This document shows positions 17,834 through 27,477 of a stretch of DNA of 64,000 bases, piece by piece. The position numbers and the translations under genes were made by a program. Where the stretch lies: the NCBI GenBank assembly GCA_963761305.1, contig CAVXGK010000002.1:1824001-1888000 (forward strand), read 5' to 3'. The DNA is from an uncultured Gemmatimonadaceae bacterium (GTDB lineage Bacteria > Gemmatimonadota > Gemmatimonadetes > Gemmatimonadales > Gemmatimonadaceae). The notes below the pieces were generated by a model. It did no database searches. It was given only the letters and a program-made list of their open reading frames with translations, and was not told the DNA's origin. How positions within the stretch are numbered: position 1 is the first letter of the stretch; the number at the start of each line of letters is the position of its first letter.

Positions 17834-18568
17834 ATGCAACTGACTTCAGTTTCGTGTCCCCATGAACTGCGCCCCGGCACGACGGTGTGTTTGCACTGTC
17901 GTTGGGAAGCGCGACGCGCGGTGCGCGCTCGCCGGCGCCGAGCGCTGTTGCGTGGAAGCACCGCGCTCGCGGTCGTCTCGACGCTTGGTACGGTGGGACT
18001 CGTGGGACGATTCGCGATGCAGGGCCGCTCGTTCGTGCCGCGACTTCGCGTCGCGGCGGCGGCGATAACCGACGCCGGCGGTGACGCGGCCGTGCCGAAG
18101 ACTGCGCCGGCTCCAACTTCTGCGCCGTCACAACAAGGTTCCGCGCTGGCGGCTGCGACAGTGAGCGCGGCGCCCGCCGCACCGGTCGCCACCGTGGTGG
18201 TTCCCGTGGCACCGGTCGTCCCGCAAGGCCAGACTCCGTTGGCGGACAGCCTGCTCGCGACGCGTGCGGACAGTGTCGTCACCGTCTGGTTCGACCGGAC
18301 CATGATCCGAACGCGGAATCCGGTGAAGTTCGAGCGCCTCGTGCGTTCGACGCTGCCCGCACTGTACGGTGCGGTCGCCGACTCGGCGCTCAAGCGCATC
18401 CCTGAAGGCGCGTTCGCTCAGCAGGGTGATCTGATCAACGAGTTGCCGACGCGCGGGTTACGCATCCCGCTGGCGCCCGGTTGGATGTTCGCGCTGTTCC
18501 CGATCACTCGGCCGGGACACGACGGACCGCTCGTCACCCAGTATCGGGTTTCGGTCATCCGCGGGTAG
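17834..18568 (+). CDS. Hypothetical single-TM protein with N-terminal CPH...CxxC
   Basis: SCPHELRPGTTVCLHCRW, Arg-rich stretch, TM helix, Pro/Ala linker, C-terminal globular domain. Confidence 0.75.
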   Translation: MQLTSVSCPHELRPGTTVCLHCRWEARRAVRARRRRALLRGSTALAVVSTLGTVGLVGRFAMQGRSFVPRLRVAAAAITDAGGDAAVPKTAPAPTSAPSQQGSALAAATVSAAPAAPVATVVVPVAPVVPQGQTPLADSLLATRADSVVTVWFDRTMIRTRNPVKFERLVRSTLPALYGAVADSALKRIPEGAFAQQGDLINELPTRGLRIPLAPGWMFALFPITRPGHDGPLVTQYRVSVIRG

Positions 18569-18684
18569 CGCCGCGCGGGTCCGCTCCAGCTCGATCCACA
18601 GGCGCGCCAACTATCGGCGCGCCTGTTCCGTATCAGGCGTATGGTCAATCGACGCGCGCTGGTCATCCGTCGAAATTGGGACGA

Positions 18685-21189
18685 ATGATGGCCAGACCCT
18701 CATTGCGACCCCAGCAGCCGGGTAGCCAGGCACTCTCGCTACCACCGACGCATCGATTCCTGCCCGCGCTCTTGATTCTGTTCGTCGGCAGCGGATGCGC
18801 GGCCCTGATCTACGAAATCGTCTGGTTCCAGCTCATCGAGCTGGTAATCGGATCGTCTGCCGTGTCGCTTGGCGTGCTATTGGGCACGTTCATGGGCGGC
18901 ATGTGCCTGGGCAGCCTGTTGCTGCCGCGCTACGTCTCGCCGGAACAGCATCCGCTGCGAGTCTACGCGTTACTCGAGGCGTCGATCGGCGCGCTCGGAC
19001 TCATCGTGCTCGTCGTGGTCCCGCTGATGGGAAGCATCTATACGGCGACGTCCGCGCAAGGATTGCCCGGCATTCTGTGGCGTGGCGTGCTGTGCGCCGT
19101 GTGTCTTCTGCCGCCCACGCTCATGATGGGCGCGACCCTTCCCGCGATCGCACGCTGGGTCGAGGCAACTCCGACCGGCGTGTCGTGGTTGGGCTTCTTC
19201 TACGGCAGCAACATCGCCGGCGCCGTACTCGGATGCGTGCTGGCGGGCTTCTATCTGCTGCGCGTCTTCGACATGACCGTGACGACGGCCGTTGCCGCCG
19301 CCATCAACTTCGGCGTCGCCGGCGTCGGACTCGCACTGTCGCGACGGGCACCGCATCGGCCCGCGGTTCCGCGAGCCGTCACGGATCCGGAACGAAGCTC
19401 GGCTGGAACGACAGCGATCTACATCGCGATCGGATTGTCGGGGCTGTCGGCGCTCGGCGCCGAAGTCGTGTGGACGCGCCTGCTGTCGCTCATGCTCGGC
19501 GCCTCGGTCTATACGTTCTCGATCATTCTCGCGGTTTTTCTCGTCGCGCTGGGCACGGGGAGCAGCATCGGGTCGTTCCTCGCTCGGTCGGTGAGGCCGA
19601 GGACCGCGCTGGCGTGGTGTCAGTTGCTGCTGACGTTCGGCGTCGCGTGGGCGGCGTTCATGATCGCGCGGTCGCTTCCCTTCTGGCCGATCAATCCGTC
19701 GTTGTCGCCGAGCCCGTGGATCACGTTCCAGCTCGACGTGGTGCGGGCGGCGGTGGCGATCTTCCCGCCGGCCGCACTCTGGGGTGCGAGTTTCCCGCTC
19801 GCGCTTGCCGCGGTGGTGGGTCCGGGTGACGACGCTGGGCGTTTGGTGGGCCGCGTCTACGCGGCCAACACGGTTGGCGCGATCCTCGGCTCGGCGCTGT
19901 TCAGCGTGGTGGTCGTTCCCCAGTGGGGCACGCAGCGCGGCGAACAGTTGCTGATCGCGATCGCGCTGTCGTCGGCGCTGGTGGCGTTCGGAGCGGCGCG
20001 TCGCGCGCGCGCGTCCGAGGGGCAGCAGGAGCGCGACGCTCAACGCACGAGTCTGACGCGCCCGTGGGCCACTCTGCTCGCTGCGGCGGGCGCCGCGGCG
20101 GCGATCGCACTCGTCGTCGTGGTGCCGAAAGTTCCCGACGGACTCGTCGCCTACGGACGATTTCTTCCGACGTACACGACGCAGCCGAAGTACCTGTACG
20201 TCGGCGAGGGAATCAATTCGTCGATCGCGGTGTCGGAGGAAGCGACCGGCGTTCGCAACTTCCACGTCGCCGGCAAGGTCGAGGCGTCGAGCCTCCCGCA
20301 GGACATGCGGCTGCAACGAATGCTCGGCCATCTGTCGGCGGTGCTGACGACGACGCCGAAGTCGGTGCTGGTCGTCGGATTCGGCGCGGGCGTGACGGCG
20401 GGATCGTTCGTGACGCAGCCGGGCGTGCAGCGGATCGTGATCTGCGAGATCGAGCCGCTGATTCCCAAGGTCGTGTCGACGTACTTCACGCAACAGAACT
20501 ACGACGTCACGCAGGATCCGCGCGTGCAGATCGTGTACGACGACGCGCGGCACTACATCCTGACGACGAAGGAAAAGTTCGACGTGATCACGTCCGATCC
20601 GATCCATCCGTGGGTAAAAGGAGCGGCGACGCTCTACACGAAGGAATATTTCGATCTGGTGAAAGAGCATCTGAACCCGGGCGGCGTCGTCACGCAGTGG
20701 GTTCCGTTGTACGAGAGCTCGCCCGAGGTCGTGAAGAGCGAGCTGGCGACGTTCTTCGACGCGTTCCCCGACGGAACGATGTGGGGGAACGACATCAACG
20801 GCAGCGGCTACGACGTCGTGCTGGCAGGTCACGCCACGCCGCAGCCGATCGACGTGGATTCGGTCAACGCGAAACTCACACTACCCGAGTACGCTCGCGC
20901 GGCGCGCTCGCTCGCCGACGTCGGGTTCACGTCGGGGCTGTCGCTCCTCTCGACGTACGCGGGTCAGGCGCGCGATCTGGCCCCGTGGCTCGTCGGCGCT
21001 CAATTGAACCGCGATTCGAATTTACGGTTGCAGTATCTCGCGGGCTTCGGGCTCAACATGTACGAGAGCTCGACGATCTATTCCGAGATGCTGCGCTACA
21101 GAAAGTTTCCAGACAACCTGTTCGTTGGAACGGGAACGGCGCGCGATCAGCTGCGAACCATGCTCGAGGCGCCTCGCGAAGAGCCGTGA
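18685..21189 (+). CDS. Fused MFS-like / spermidine synthase-like SAM-dependent protein
   Basis: LFVGSGCAALIYEIVW, FMGGMCLGS, many TMs; C-terminal VLVVGFGAGVTAG, EIEP, DDARHY, FDVITSDP. Confidence 0.9.
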   Translation: MMARPSLRPQQPGSQALSLPPTHRFLPALLILFVGSGCAALIYEIVWFQLIELVIGSSAVSLGVLLGTFMGGMCLGSLLLPRYVSPEQHPLRVYALLEASIGALGLIVLVVVPLMGSIYTATSAQGLPGILWRGVLCAVCLLPPTLMMGATLPAIARWVEATPTGVSWLGFFYGSNIAGAVLGCVLAGFYLLRVFDMTVTTAVAAAINFGVAGVGLALSRRAPHRPAVPRAVTDPERSSAGTTAIYIAIGLSGLSALGAEVVWTRLLSLMLGASVYTFSIILAVFLVALGTGSSIGSFLARSVRPRTALAWCQLLLTFGVAWAAFMIARSLPFWPINPSLSPSPWITFQLDVVRAAVAIFPPAALWGASFPLALAAVVGPGDDAGRLVGRVYAANTVGAILGSALFSVVVVPQWGTQRGEQLLIAIALSSALVAFGAARRARASEGQQERDAQRTSLTRPWATLLAAAGAAAAIALVVVVPKVPDGLVAYGRFLPTYTTQPKYLYVGEGINSSIAVSEEATGVRNFHVAGKVEASSLPQDMRLQRMLGHLSAVLTTTPKSVLVVGFGAGVTAGSFVTQPGVQRIVICEIEPLIPKVVSTYFTQQNYDVTQDPRVQIVYDDARHYILTTKEKFDVITSDPIHPWVKGAATLYTKEYFDLVKEHLNPGGVVTQWVPLYESSPEVVKSELATFFDAFPDGTMWGNDINGSGYDVVLAGHATPQPIDVDSVNAKLTLPEYARAARSLADVGFTSGLSLLSTYAGQARDLAPWLVGAQLNRDSNLRLQYLAGFGLNMYESSTIYSEMLRYRKFPDNLFVGTGTARDQLRTMLEAPREEP

Positions 21190-22034
21190 ACGAAACCGCT
21201 GGTGGACCGGTGGACCGGTTGACCGCTGGACCAGAAAAGCAAACAGCGGGACCGGGTACGCTTGTCGCGATCACTCGCGAGCCGTCGCCGCGCATGGAAG
21301 CCGGCGAGCGCACGTACGTCGACGACGACCAGGCCATCGACGGCGCGCTCGCGTTGGCTCAGCACGAGCAGTATCAGACGGCGCTTCGCCGCTGCGGCGC
21401 GCGCATCGTCGCGCTTCCCGGGAGCCGGGATCTGCCCGACTGCGTGTTCGTCGAGGACACGGCCATCGTGGTCGACGAGGTCGCGGTGATGATGTCGATG
21501 GGCGCGTCGTCGCGGCGCGACGAAGTGCCGGTCGTCGAAGCGGCGCTCTCCGAGTTTCGGACCCTCACACGCGTGCGGCTGCCGGCGAAGATCGACGGCG
21601 GAGACGTGGTGCAGAGCGGTCATGACCTCTTCGTCGGGCTGTCGCAGCGCACCAACGCCGCCGGCGTGGACGCGTTGCGCGGAATTCTTGCGCCGTTCGG
21701 CTATTCGGTCACCGGCGTTCCGGTCTTGCGCTGCCTGCACCTGAAATCGGCGTGCAGCGCGCTCCCGGACGGCCGTCTGTTGGTGAATACGCACCTCATC
21801 GTCACGTCGCCGCTGAAGGGACGCGAGCTGATCCAGGTGCCGGAGGCCGAGCCGCTCGCCAGCGACGTGCTGGTGATCGGCGAGCGGATCATCGTCTCGG
21901 ACGCGTTCCCGGAGACGAGCGCGCTGCTCTCGTCGCTCGGCTGGGAGGTCGTACCGGTTTCGGTGAGCGAGTTCGCGAAAGCGGAAGGCGGCGTGACGTG
22001 TATGAGCCTCGTCTTCAACGCCGCGCTCGACTGA
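21186..22034 (+). CDS. Dimethylarginine dimethylaminohydrolase (amidinotransferase fold)
   Basis: LPDCVFVEDTA, IDGGDV, LHLKSAC, EFAKAEGGVTCMSL; GTGA overlap with upstream gene. Confidence 0.9.
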   Translation: MNETAGGPVDRLTAGPEKQTAGPGTLVAITREPSPRMEAGERTYVDDDQAIDGALALAQHEQYQTALRRCGARIVALPGSRDLPDCVFVEDTAIVVDEVAVMMSMGASSRRDEVPVVEAALSEFRTLTRVRLPAKIDGGDVVQSGHDLFVGLSQRTNAAGVDALRGILAPFGYSVTGVPVLRCLHLKSACSALPDGRLLVNTHLIVTSPLKGRELIQVPEAEPLASDVLVIGERIIVSDAFPETSALLSSLGWEVVPVSVSEFAKAEGGVTCMSLVFNAALD

Positions 22035-22037
22035 GTA

Positions 22038-22081
22038 GCGGTGGACCGGTGGACCGGTGGACCGATGGACGGGTGGACAGG
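22038..22081. repeat. Octamer REP-like repeat (GGTGGACC)n
   Basis: gcggtggaccggtggaccggtggaccgatggacgggtggacagg. Confidence 0.8.
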
Positions 22082-22097
22082 CGAAAAACGAATTCGG

Positions 22098-22358
22098 CTA
22101 CTTGCCTTTGCCCGGTTTTGGGCGCGTCCACTTCTCGGCGAACAGCGCGAGCATGATGCCGAACGGGACGTTCAACGCCGCCATCAACGCGGCGATGACG
22201 ACCGATAGGACGTCATACGGCCGTTCGGTCCGTACCAGATTGATGGCGAGCGCGGCGATCGCGGCGAACACGCCGAGGATGAAGCCCGTTCGGCCGGCCG
22301 CGTTCTGACGCGCCTTGATGGCCGGATCGTCTTCCGGCTTTCGTCGAGGAACGTCCAT
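22098..22358 (-). CDS. Small two-TM hypothetical membrane protein
   Basis: MDVPRRKPEDDPAIKARQNAAGRTGFILGVFAAIAALAINLV...FGIMLALFAEKW. Confidence 0.65.
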   Translation of the reverse strand: MDVPRRKPEDDPAIKARQNAAGRTGFILGVFAAIAALAINLVRTERPYDVLSVVIAALMAALNVPFGIMLALFAEKWTRPKPGKGK

Positions 22359-22479
22359 CGATGGAAGATAACGCGGCCGGTTGGGGCGACATCGCGAACC
22401 GGAAAAGAAAGGGCGCACCCGCCGACGGACTTCGTCGACGGGTGCGCACAACCTCGAGAGCGGCCGTCAGGTCACGCGA

Positions 22480-25400
22480 TCAGCGCGCTTTGAACCACTT
22501 GTCTTCGAGAACTTCAAACGGCTTGGTGTAGGTGGTGCCATTCACGACGACCTTGGCCGTGTACGTGCCGGACTGAATCGCCGTCGCAGCGCCGCCGCGT
22601 CCGCCGCCCCCTCCACCCCCGCCGCCGCCACCGCCCGCGTTGCCGCAGCCAGGACCACCGGCGTCTTGGCCGAAGCCCGCGCCACCACCACCACCACCAC
22701 CACCACCGCCGCCGGCACCACGACCACCGAAGCCGCCGCCGAGCGCGGGAGCGATGAGCGTCCATTGCACGCGGTGCAGGCCGGCTGTTTTCGGCGCTTC
22801 CGTGGTGCACAGCGTTCTGCCCTGCGCGTCGACGACTGACACCTTCACGTCAGTCGCGTCGGATTTGAGGTAGTAGGCGATCGCCGTACCGCGCGGCGCG
22901 TTCTCGCCGACGAAGTTCTTCTGTCCGCCGATGTGCGGATTGTTGGTGAGATCGGTGATGTAGTCGATCGCCGGGCGCGGGTTGAAGACGTGCACGTCTT
23001 CGCCCATCACCGTCGAGCTCATGTCCTCGAGCGGCGTGATGTCATCGGCGATCCAGATGCTGCGGCCGTGCGTGGCGACGATGAGATCGCCGTCGCGCGG
23101 ATGAATCAGGATGTCATCGGTGCGCACCGTCGGGTAGTCGTTCATGAACTTCTCCCAATGCTTGCCGCCGTTGAGAGAGACGTAAAGTCCGAACTCGGTG
23201 CCGACGAACAACAGATCCTTGTTCTTCGGATCTTCGCGGATGACCTGCACGTTGCCGTAACTCGGCAGATCGCCGGTGACGTTGGTGAACGTGCGCCCGT
23301 AGTCGCGCGTGACGAAGACGTACGGATGCAGATCGTCGCTGCGGTGGCCGTCGATCGCGACGTACGCGGTGCCCGCGTCGAAATGCGACGCGTCGATGCG
23401 CGAGATCCAGAATGGATCGTCGCTCGTGAGCGCGCCGTGCGGCAGGCCGGTGATGTTGTGGCCCACTTCGGTGAACGTAAGGGCACCGTCACGGCTCACC
23501 TGCAGATTGCCGTCGTCGGTGCCGGCCCAGACGACGCCCGGCATCACCGGCGATTCGCTCACGGCGATGATCGTGCTGTAGGCCGAGAGACCGTCGTTCT
23601 TGGAGAGCTGGGACTTGTCGCCGGCGACGCCCATCACCGTCACCTTGCAGCGATCGACTTCCTTGGTGAGATCGGGGCTGGCGACCCACGACGTGCCGCG
23701 ATCGTACGACTTGAACAGCCGATTGCCGCCGAGGTAGATGATGTTCGGATTGTGCGGCGACAACTCGTACGGCGTGTTCCAGTTGAAGCGGTAGGTCTCG
23801 CCGCCCTCGGCGTTGATCACGTTCTTGCGGGCTGGGGCGCCGCCCCGGCCGCCGCCGCCACCGCCGCCACGTCCACCGCCCGGCGCGCGTCCGTCGACGC
23901 ACGACGCCGCGCTAGCGGCCGCGCCGCCGACGCCCGCCGACGACGCGGCAAGCGCTCGCGGACCGGCGTTCGGTTTGATGCTCATCGTCTGGCCCGTGTT
24001 CAAGTCGTAGCGCGACGTGTTGCCGTCCTGCGACTCGCAGAAGATGAAGTTCGGACTGTTGACGTTGACGCCCGTGTAGAACCCGTCGCCGCCGCAGATG
24101 CCGAACCAATCCATGTTCGTGATGCCGATGCGTCCGCGCTTGGAGCTCGGGCCGCCCCAACTGTTGTTGTCCTGAAGGCCGGTGTAGACGTTATAAGGAT
24201 GCTCATTGTCGGCCGTCACCACGTAGGCGAGCCCGGTGGCCATCGTGGCGACGAAATCCCAGGTGCGCCCCTGGTCGTAGCTGATGTCGAGGCCGCCGTC
24301 GTTGCCGATCATCAGATGCTTGCCGTTCCGCGGGTCGACCCAGATCGCGTGCTGGTCCACGTGCGCCGGTTCCTCGTTGCCGCCGGCGGCGTCGAGCGTG
24401 GCGAACGTCTTGCCGCCATCGAGCGACTTCGCGACGGGAAGTCCGGCGACGAAAATCGTGTTCGGGTTCTGCGGATCGACGCGGATCTGGCTGAAGTACA
24501 TCGGCCGCGAATCGCAGTTGCTGATGAACGCGAACGAGCGACCACGATTGTCGGAGCGGAACACGCCGCCGATCTTCGGGTCGGGCGCGGGAAGCGCCGG
24601 CGTCGTATCGCCCGGAACCGCGCCGCGTCCTCGGCCGCGGCCACCGGCGTTCACCGCCGTCGGCGCGCCGTTGTTGCAGTACGCGACGCTGGGATCGACA
24701 CCACGGCCGCCGCCTGCGCCACCTGCTCCGCCGGCCGGGGTCGCGGCTTCAGTCGCCGGACCGCCGCGACCGCGCAGCTCCGAGCCGCTTTCGCCGGCTT
24801 CGACCTGTGCGTACACGACGTTCGGGCTCGACGCGGCCACGGCGAGCGCGATGCGGCCGTACGTGCCGGGTGGAAGTCCGTTCGTCAGCTTCGTCCACGT
24901 CTTTCCGGCGTCGTCGGTCTTCCAGAGCGCGCTGCCGGGACCGCCGCCGTTGAAGCAGCAGCTCGTCCGACGCCGCTGGTAGCTCGACGCGTACAGGACG
25001 TTGCTGTTCGACGGGTCCATCGCGATGTCGTTGAACCCGGTGTTCTCGTCGATGTACTTGATTTTGTTCCACGTCTTGCCGCCGTCGGTCGTCTTGTAGA
25101 CTCCCCGCTCCGGGTTGGGCCCGAAGAGGTGGCCGGGCGACGCGACGTAGACGACTTCCGGATTGCGCGGATCGATCACGATGCGCCCGATCGACTGCGT
25201 CTCTCGCAGTCCGAGGTTGGTGAACGTCTTACCGCCATCCGTGGATTTGTAGATGCCGTCGCCGAACGACGACGTCTGCCGATTGTTCGGCTCACCCGTT
25301 CCGACATACACGATGTCGGGATTCGTCGGATGGATGGCGATGTCGCCGATCGACGCCGATCCGTACGTCTGAAAGACCGGCTTGAACGACACGCCGTTGT

Positions 25401-25656
25401 CTTCGGACTTGAAGACGCCGCCGACGGCGTATCCGATGTAGATGACGTTCGGATCGCTGAGCGAGACTTCGATGTCGTCGAGTCGTCCGCCCATGCTCGC
25501 CGGACCGATCGAGCGAAATTTGAAGCTCGAGAGCAGCGGATTCGCCGACGTGTTGAACGGTGCCTCACGATCTTGAGCGCCGCGTCCTTGTGCGGGCATC
25601 TGCGTGGCGACGAGCGACGCGGCGATCGGGAGGAGAAAACAGGAGCGCGCGCGCAT
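22480..25656 (-). CDS. VPS10/sortilin-like BNR-repeat (Asp-box) beta-propeller protein, putative secreted glycosyl hydrolase
   Basis: FRSIGPASMGGR, repeated SxDGGKTW/F Asp-boxes, HVDQHAIW, GNDGG, ATHGRSIWI; GGAGG RBS. Confidence 0.9.
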   Translation of the reverse strand: MRARSCFLLPIAASLVATQMPAQGRGAQDREAPFNTSANPLLSSFKFRSIGPASMGGRLDDIEVSLSDPNVIYIGYAVGGVFKSEDNGVSFKPVFQTYGSASIGDIAIHPTNPDIVYVGTGEPNNRQTSSFGDGIYKSTDGGKTFTNLGLRETQSIGRIVIDPRNPEVVYVASPGHLFGPNPERGVYKTTDGGKTWNKIKYIDENTGFNDIAMDPSNSNVLYASSYQRRRTSCCFNGGGPGSALWKTDDAGKTWTKLTNGLPPGTYGRIALAVAASSPNVVYAQVEAGESGSELRGRGGPATEAATPAGGAGGAGGGRGVDPSVAYCNNGAPTAVNAGGRGRGRGAVPGDTTPALPAPDPKIGGVFRSDNRGRSFAFISNCDSRPMYFSQIRVDPQNPNTIFVAGLPVAKSLDGGKTFATLDAAGGNEEPAHVDQHAIWVDPRNGKHLMIGNDGGLDISYDQGRTWDFVATMATGLAYVVTADNEHPYNVYTGLQDNNSWGGPSSKRGRIGITNMDWFGICGGDGFYTGVNVNSPNFIFCESQDGNTSRYDLNTGQTMSIKPNAGPRALAASSAGVGGAAASAASCVDGRAPGGGRGGGGGGGRGGAPARKNVINAEGGETYRFNWNTPYELSPHNPNIIYLGGNRLFKSYDRGTSWVASPDLTKEVDRCKVTVMGVAGDKSQLSKNDGLSAYSTIIAVSESPVMPGVVWAGTDDGNLQVSRDGALTFTEVGHNITGLPHGALTSDDPFWISRIDASHFDAGTAYVAIDGHRSDDLHPYVFVTRDYGRTFTNVTGDLPSYGNVQVIREDPKNKDLLFVGTEFGLYVSLNGGKHWEKFMNDYPTVRTDDILIHPRDGDLIVATHGRSIWIADDITPLEDMSSTVMGEDVHVFNPRPAIDYITDLTNNPHIGGQKNFVGENAPRGTAIAYYLKSDATDVKVSVVDAQGRTLCTTEAPKTAGLHRVQWTLIAPALGGGFGGRGAGGGGGGGGGGGAGFGQDAGGPGCGNAGGGGGGGGGGGGRGGAATAIQSGTYTAKVVVNGTTYTKPFEVLEDKWFKAR

Positions 25657-25735
25657 TGGCGGTTCCTCCATTCGTTGGGGTTTGCGCGCCTCGAAGATGC
25701 GACGCGAACCGCCCTCTGGCGAGGCTTTCCGGCGA

Positions 25736-26551
25736 CTACATTCGTCCAACGTTGTAGACGCCGCCCGCGTAGAGCGCATGCGGTTGCGGACCGGCGAGCG
25801 GCACGATCACGCCGGCGTCCACGGCGAGCCATTTCCGCACCAGAAACGTCGGTCCGCCGAGCAGCGCGACGATCGACGCTTGTCCGGCCGGCCCGGTCGT
25901 GGCGGGAAACCCGTAGCACTCGGCCGTCCACCCAAGCGACCCGGAGACCGGACCACCGAACGAGATCGTCCAGAGACTCGCGTTCCTCGGCGCGTTGGAT
26001 CCGTCGCCGCTCCGACGCGTGTAGCCGACGTTGATGTCCATCGAGACCGGGCCGAGCTCGTGGCTCGAGATGAGGAGGATCGAAGCGTCGGTCGTTCCGG
26101 TGCCGGTCCCCGCGGAGCCGGTCGGGAATTTCACGGCGGGAAGCAGCGCGAAATCGCCGACGACGGGCGCGTCGTCGAGAATCCGCCACTTGAGTCCCGC
26201 GGAGAGGTCCCCGAGGCCGGTAGCCGAGACGCCATGTACGACCGATCCGAACACGCTGAGCTGCATGTTGCCGGCGACGCCGAACTTGAAGACCGTGGGC
26301 GTGAACGCGGTCGTCACCGCGGGACTGAAGCGATCGTGCTCGACGCCAGTCTCGACCTCCAACCATCCCGGTGCGACCGTGCCCGCGTGCGTCGCCACGG
26401 TGGGGCGCTCTGGTTGAACGGCGTGAGGATCCTTCGCGTCCGTCGCATCCTGCGCGATGAGCGGAGACGCGACGGCGAGCGCACCGAGCACAAAGAGGCG
26501 CGCCATGAGGAACGGCGACAGCGAAAACGTCGCGCGACGCGCGACGCTCAA
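25736..26551 (-). CDS. Putative outer-membrane beta-barrel 'transporter' (MetA-pathway of phenol degradation-like family)
   Basis: QPERPTVATHAGTVAPGWLEVETG, GLGDLSAGLKWR, alternating beta strands; start may be downstream Met. Confidence 0.75.
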   Translation of the reverse strand: MSVARRATFSLSPFLMARLFVLGALAVASPLIAQDATDAKDPHAVQPERPTVATHAGTVAPGWLEVETGVEHDRFSPAVTTAFTPTVFKFGVAGNMQLSVFGSVVHGVSATGLGDLSAGLKWRILDDAPVVGDFALLPAVKFPTGSAGTGTGTTDASILLISSHELGPVSMDINVGYTRRSGDGSNAPRNASLWTISFGGPVSGSLGWTAECYGFPATTGPAGQASIVALLGGPTFLVRKWLAVDAGVIVPLAGPQPHALYAGGVYNVGRM

Positions 26552-27357
26552 CGACCCGCCGGGGCCGAGCCCCAGGCGATTCCTTTCGCCTCGAATGCCT
26601 CGACGTCTTCGTAGTAGTCGCGGACCATTCCACCCGAGCGCGGGCTCGTGTACACCTCGGCCACAGGATGCTCGATCACCTGCGCGAAGACGTCGGCGAC
26701 GTCCTCCACCGACTGCACGTACGGACCCGCGTAGACCTGAGTGCCCGGCGGCGAGTAGACGGCGTTCTTGCCGAACTCCGTCGCCACCATGCCCGGCATG
26801 ACGAGCGTGACGTGGACGTTCGGATGCGTCTGGCGGAGGTCCATGCGCAGGTTCGCGGTGAGCGCGTTGAGTCCGGCCTTGGCGGCGTTGTACGCCGCGC
26901 GGTGCGTGGCGAGCGGAACACGCGCGAGAAACGACGAGACGTTGATGATCTGCCCCGACGCATCGGGCCCGTTCGACATGAAGTAGCCGGCGGCGATCTG
27001 CATGCCGTGGAGCGCCGACTTGAGATTTACCGACATCATCTCGTCGACGTCGATGTCGGTGAGCTCGAGCACCGTGCGCGTCATGCCCTGGCCGGCGTTG
27101 TTGATCCAGACGTCGAAGCCGCCGAGGTTGTCGATCGCCGTCGTGGCCACGGACTGAAGATCGGTGCGGCTCGTCGCGTCGGCCACGACGGCGATGGCAC
27201 GGGCGCCGTTGTCATTGATCTCGTCGGCGAGGCGCTCGAGCTCCTTTTGGCGCCGAGCGGCCAGCACGAGTGTATGACCATCGGCGGCGAGTCGCCGCGC
27301 GATGCCCGCACCGATGCCGGCGCTCGCGCCGGTGATCACGATCGTCTTGTTTGGCAT
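26548..27357 (-). CDS. SDR family oxidoreductase
   Basis: VITGASAGIG, INNAG, YNAAK catalytic motif. Confidence 0.93.
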   Translation of the reverse strand: MPNKTIVITGASAGIGAGIARRLAADGHTLVLAARRQKELERLADEINDNGARAIAVVADATSRTDLQSVATTAIDNLGGFDVWINNAGQGMTRTVLELTDIDVDEMMSVNLKSALHGMQIAAGYFMSNGPDASGQIINVSSFLARVPLATHRAAYNAAKAGLNALTANLRMDLRQTHPNVHVTLVMPGMVATEFGKNAVYSPPGTQVYAGPYVQSVEDVADVFAQVIEHPVAEVYTSPRSGGMVRDYYEDVEAFEAKGIAWGSAPAGR

Positions 27358-27477
27358 TTGTCGGGATTCGTCAGATGGGGGCACGCTCGCGTGAACATAG
27401 CCATGCGGCCATCGACTTTCGACGGCGCACGCCCGAATTTATTCGAGTCAGGTTCGCACTCCATCAGAGGATTCGTC

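Noticed and set aside
16285..18399. 704-aa - strand ORF
   Set aside because: Arg/Pro-rich off-frame read-through overlapping several better-supported genes.
12895..18568. Prophage, integrative element or complete Hachiman system
   Set aside because: No integrase, structural genes, tRNA/att site, helicase motifs or HamA-like nuclease recognised.
22933..26034. 1033-aa + strand ORF
   Set aside because: Antisense shadow of the VPS10-like gene.
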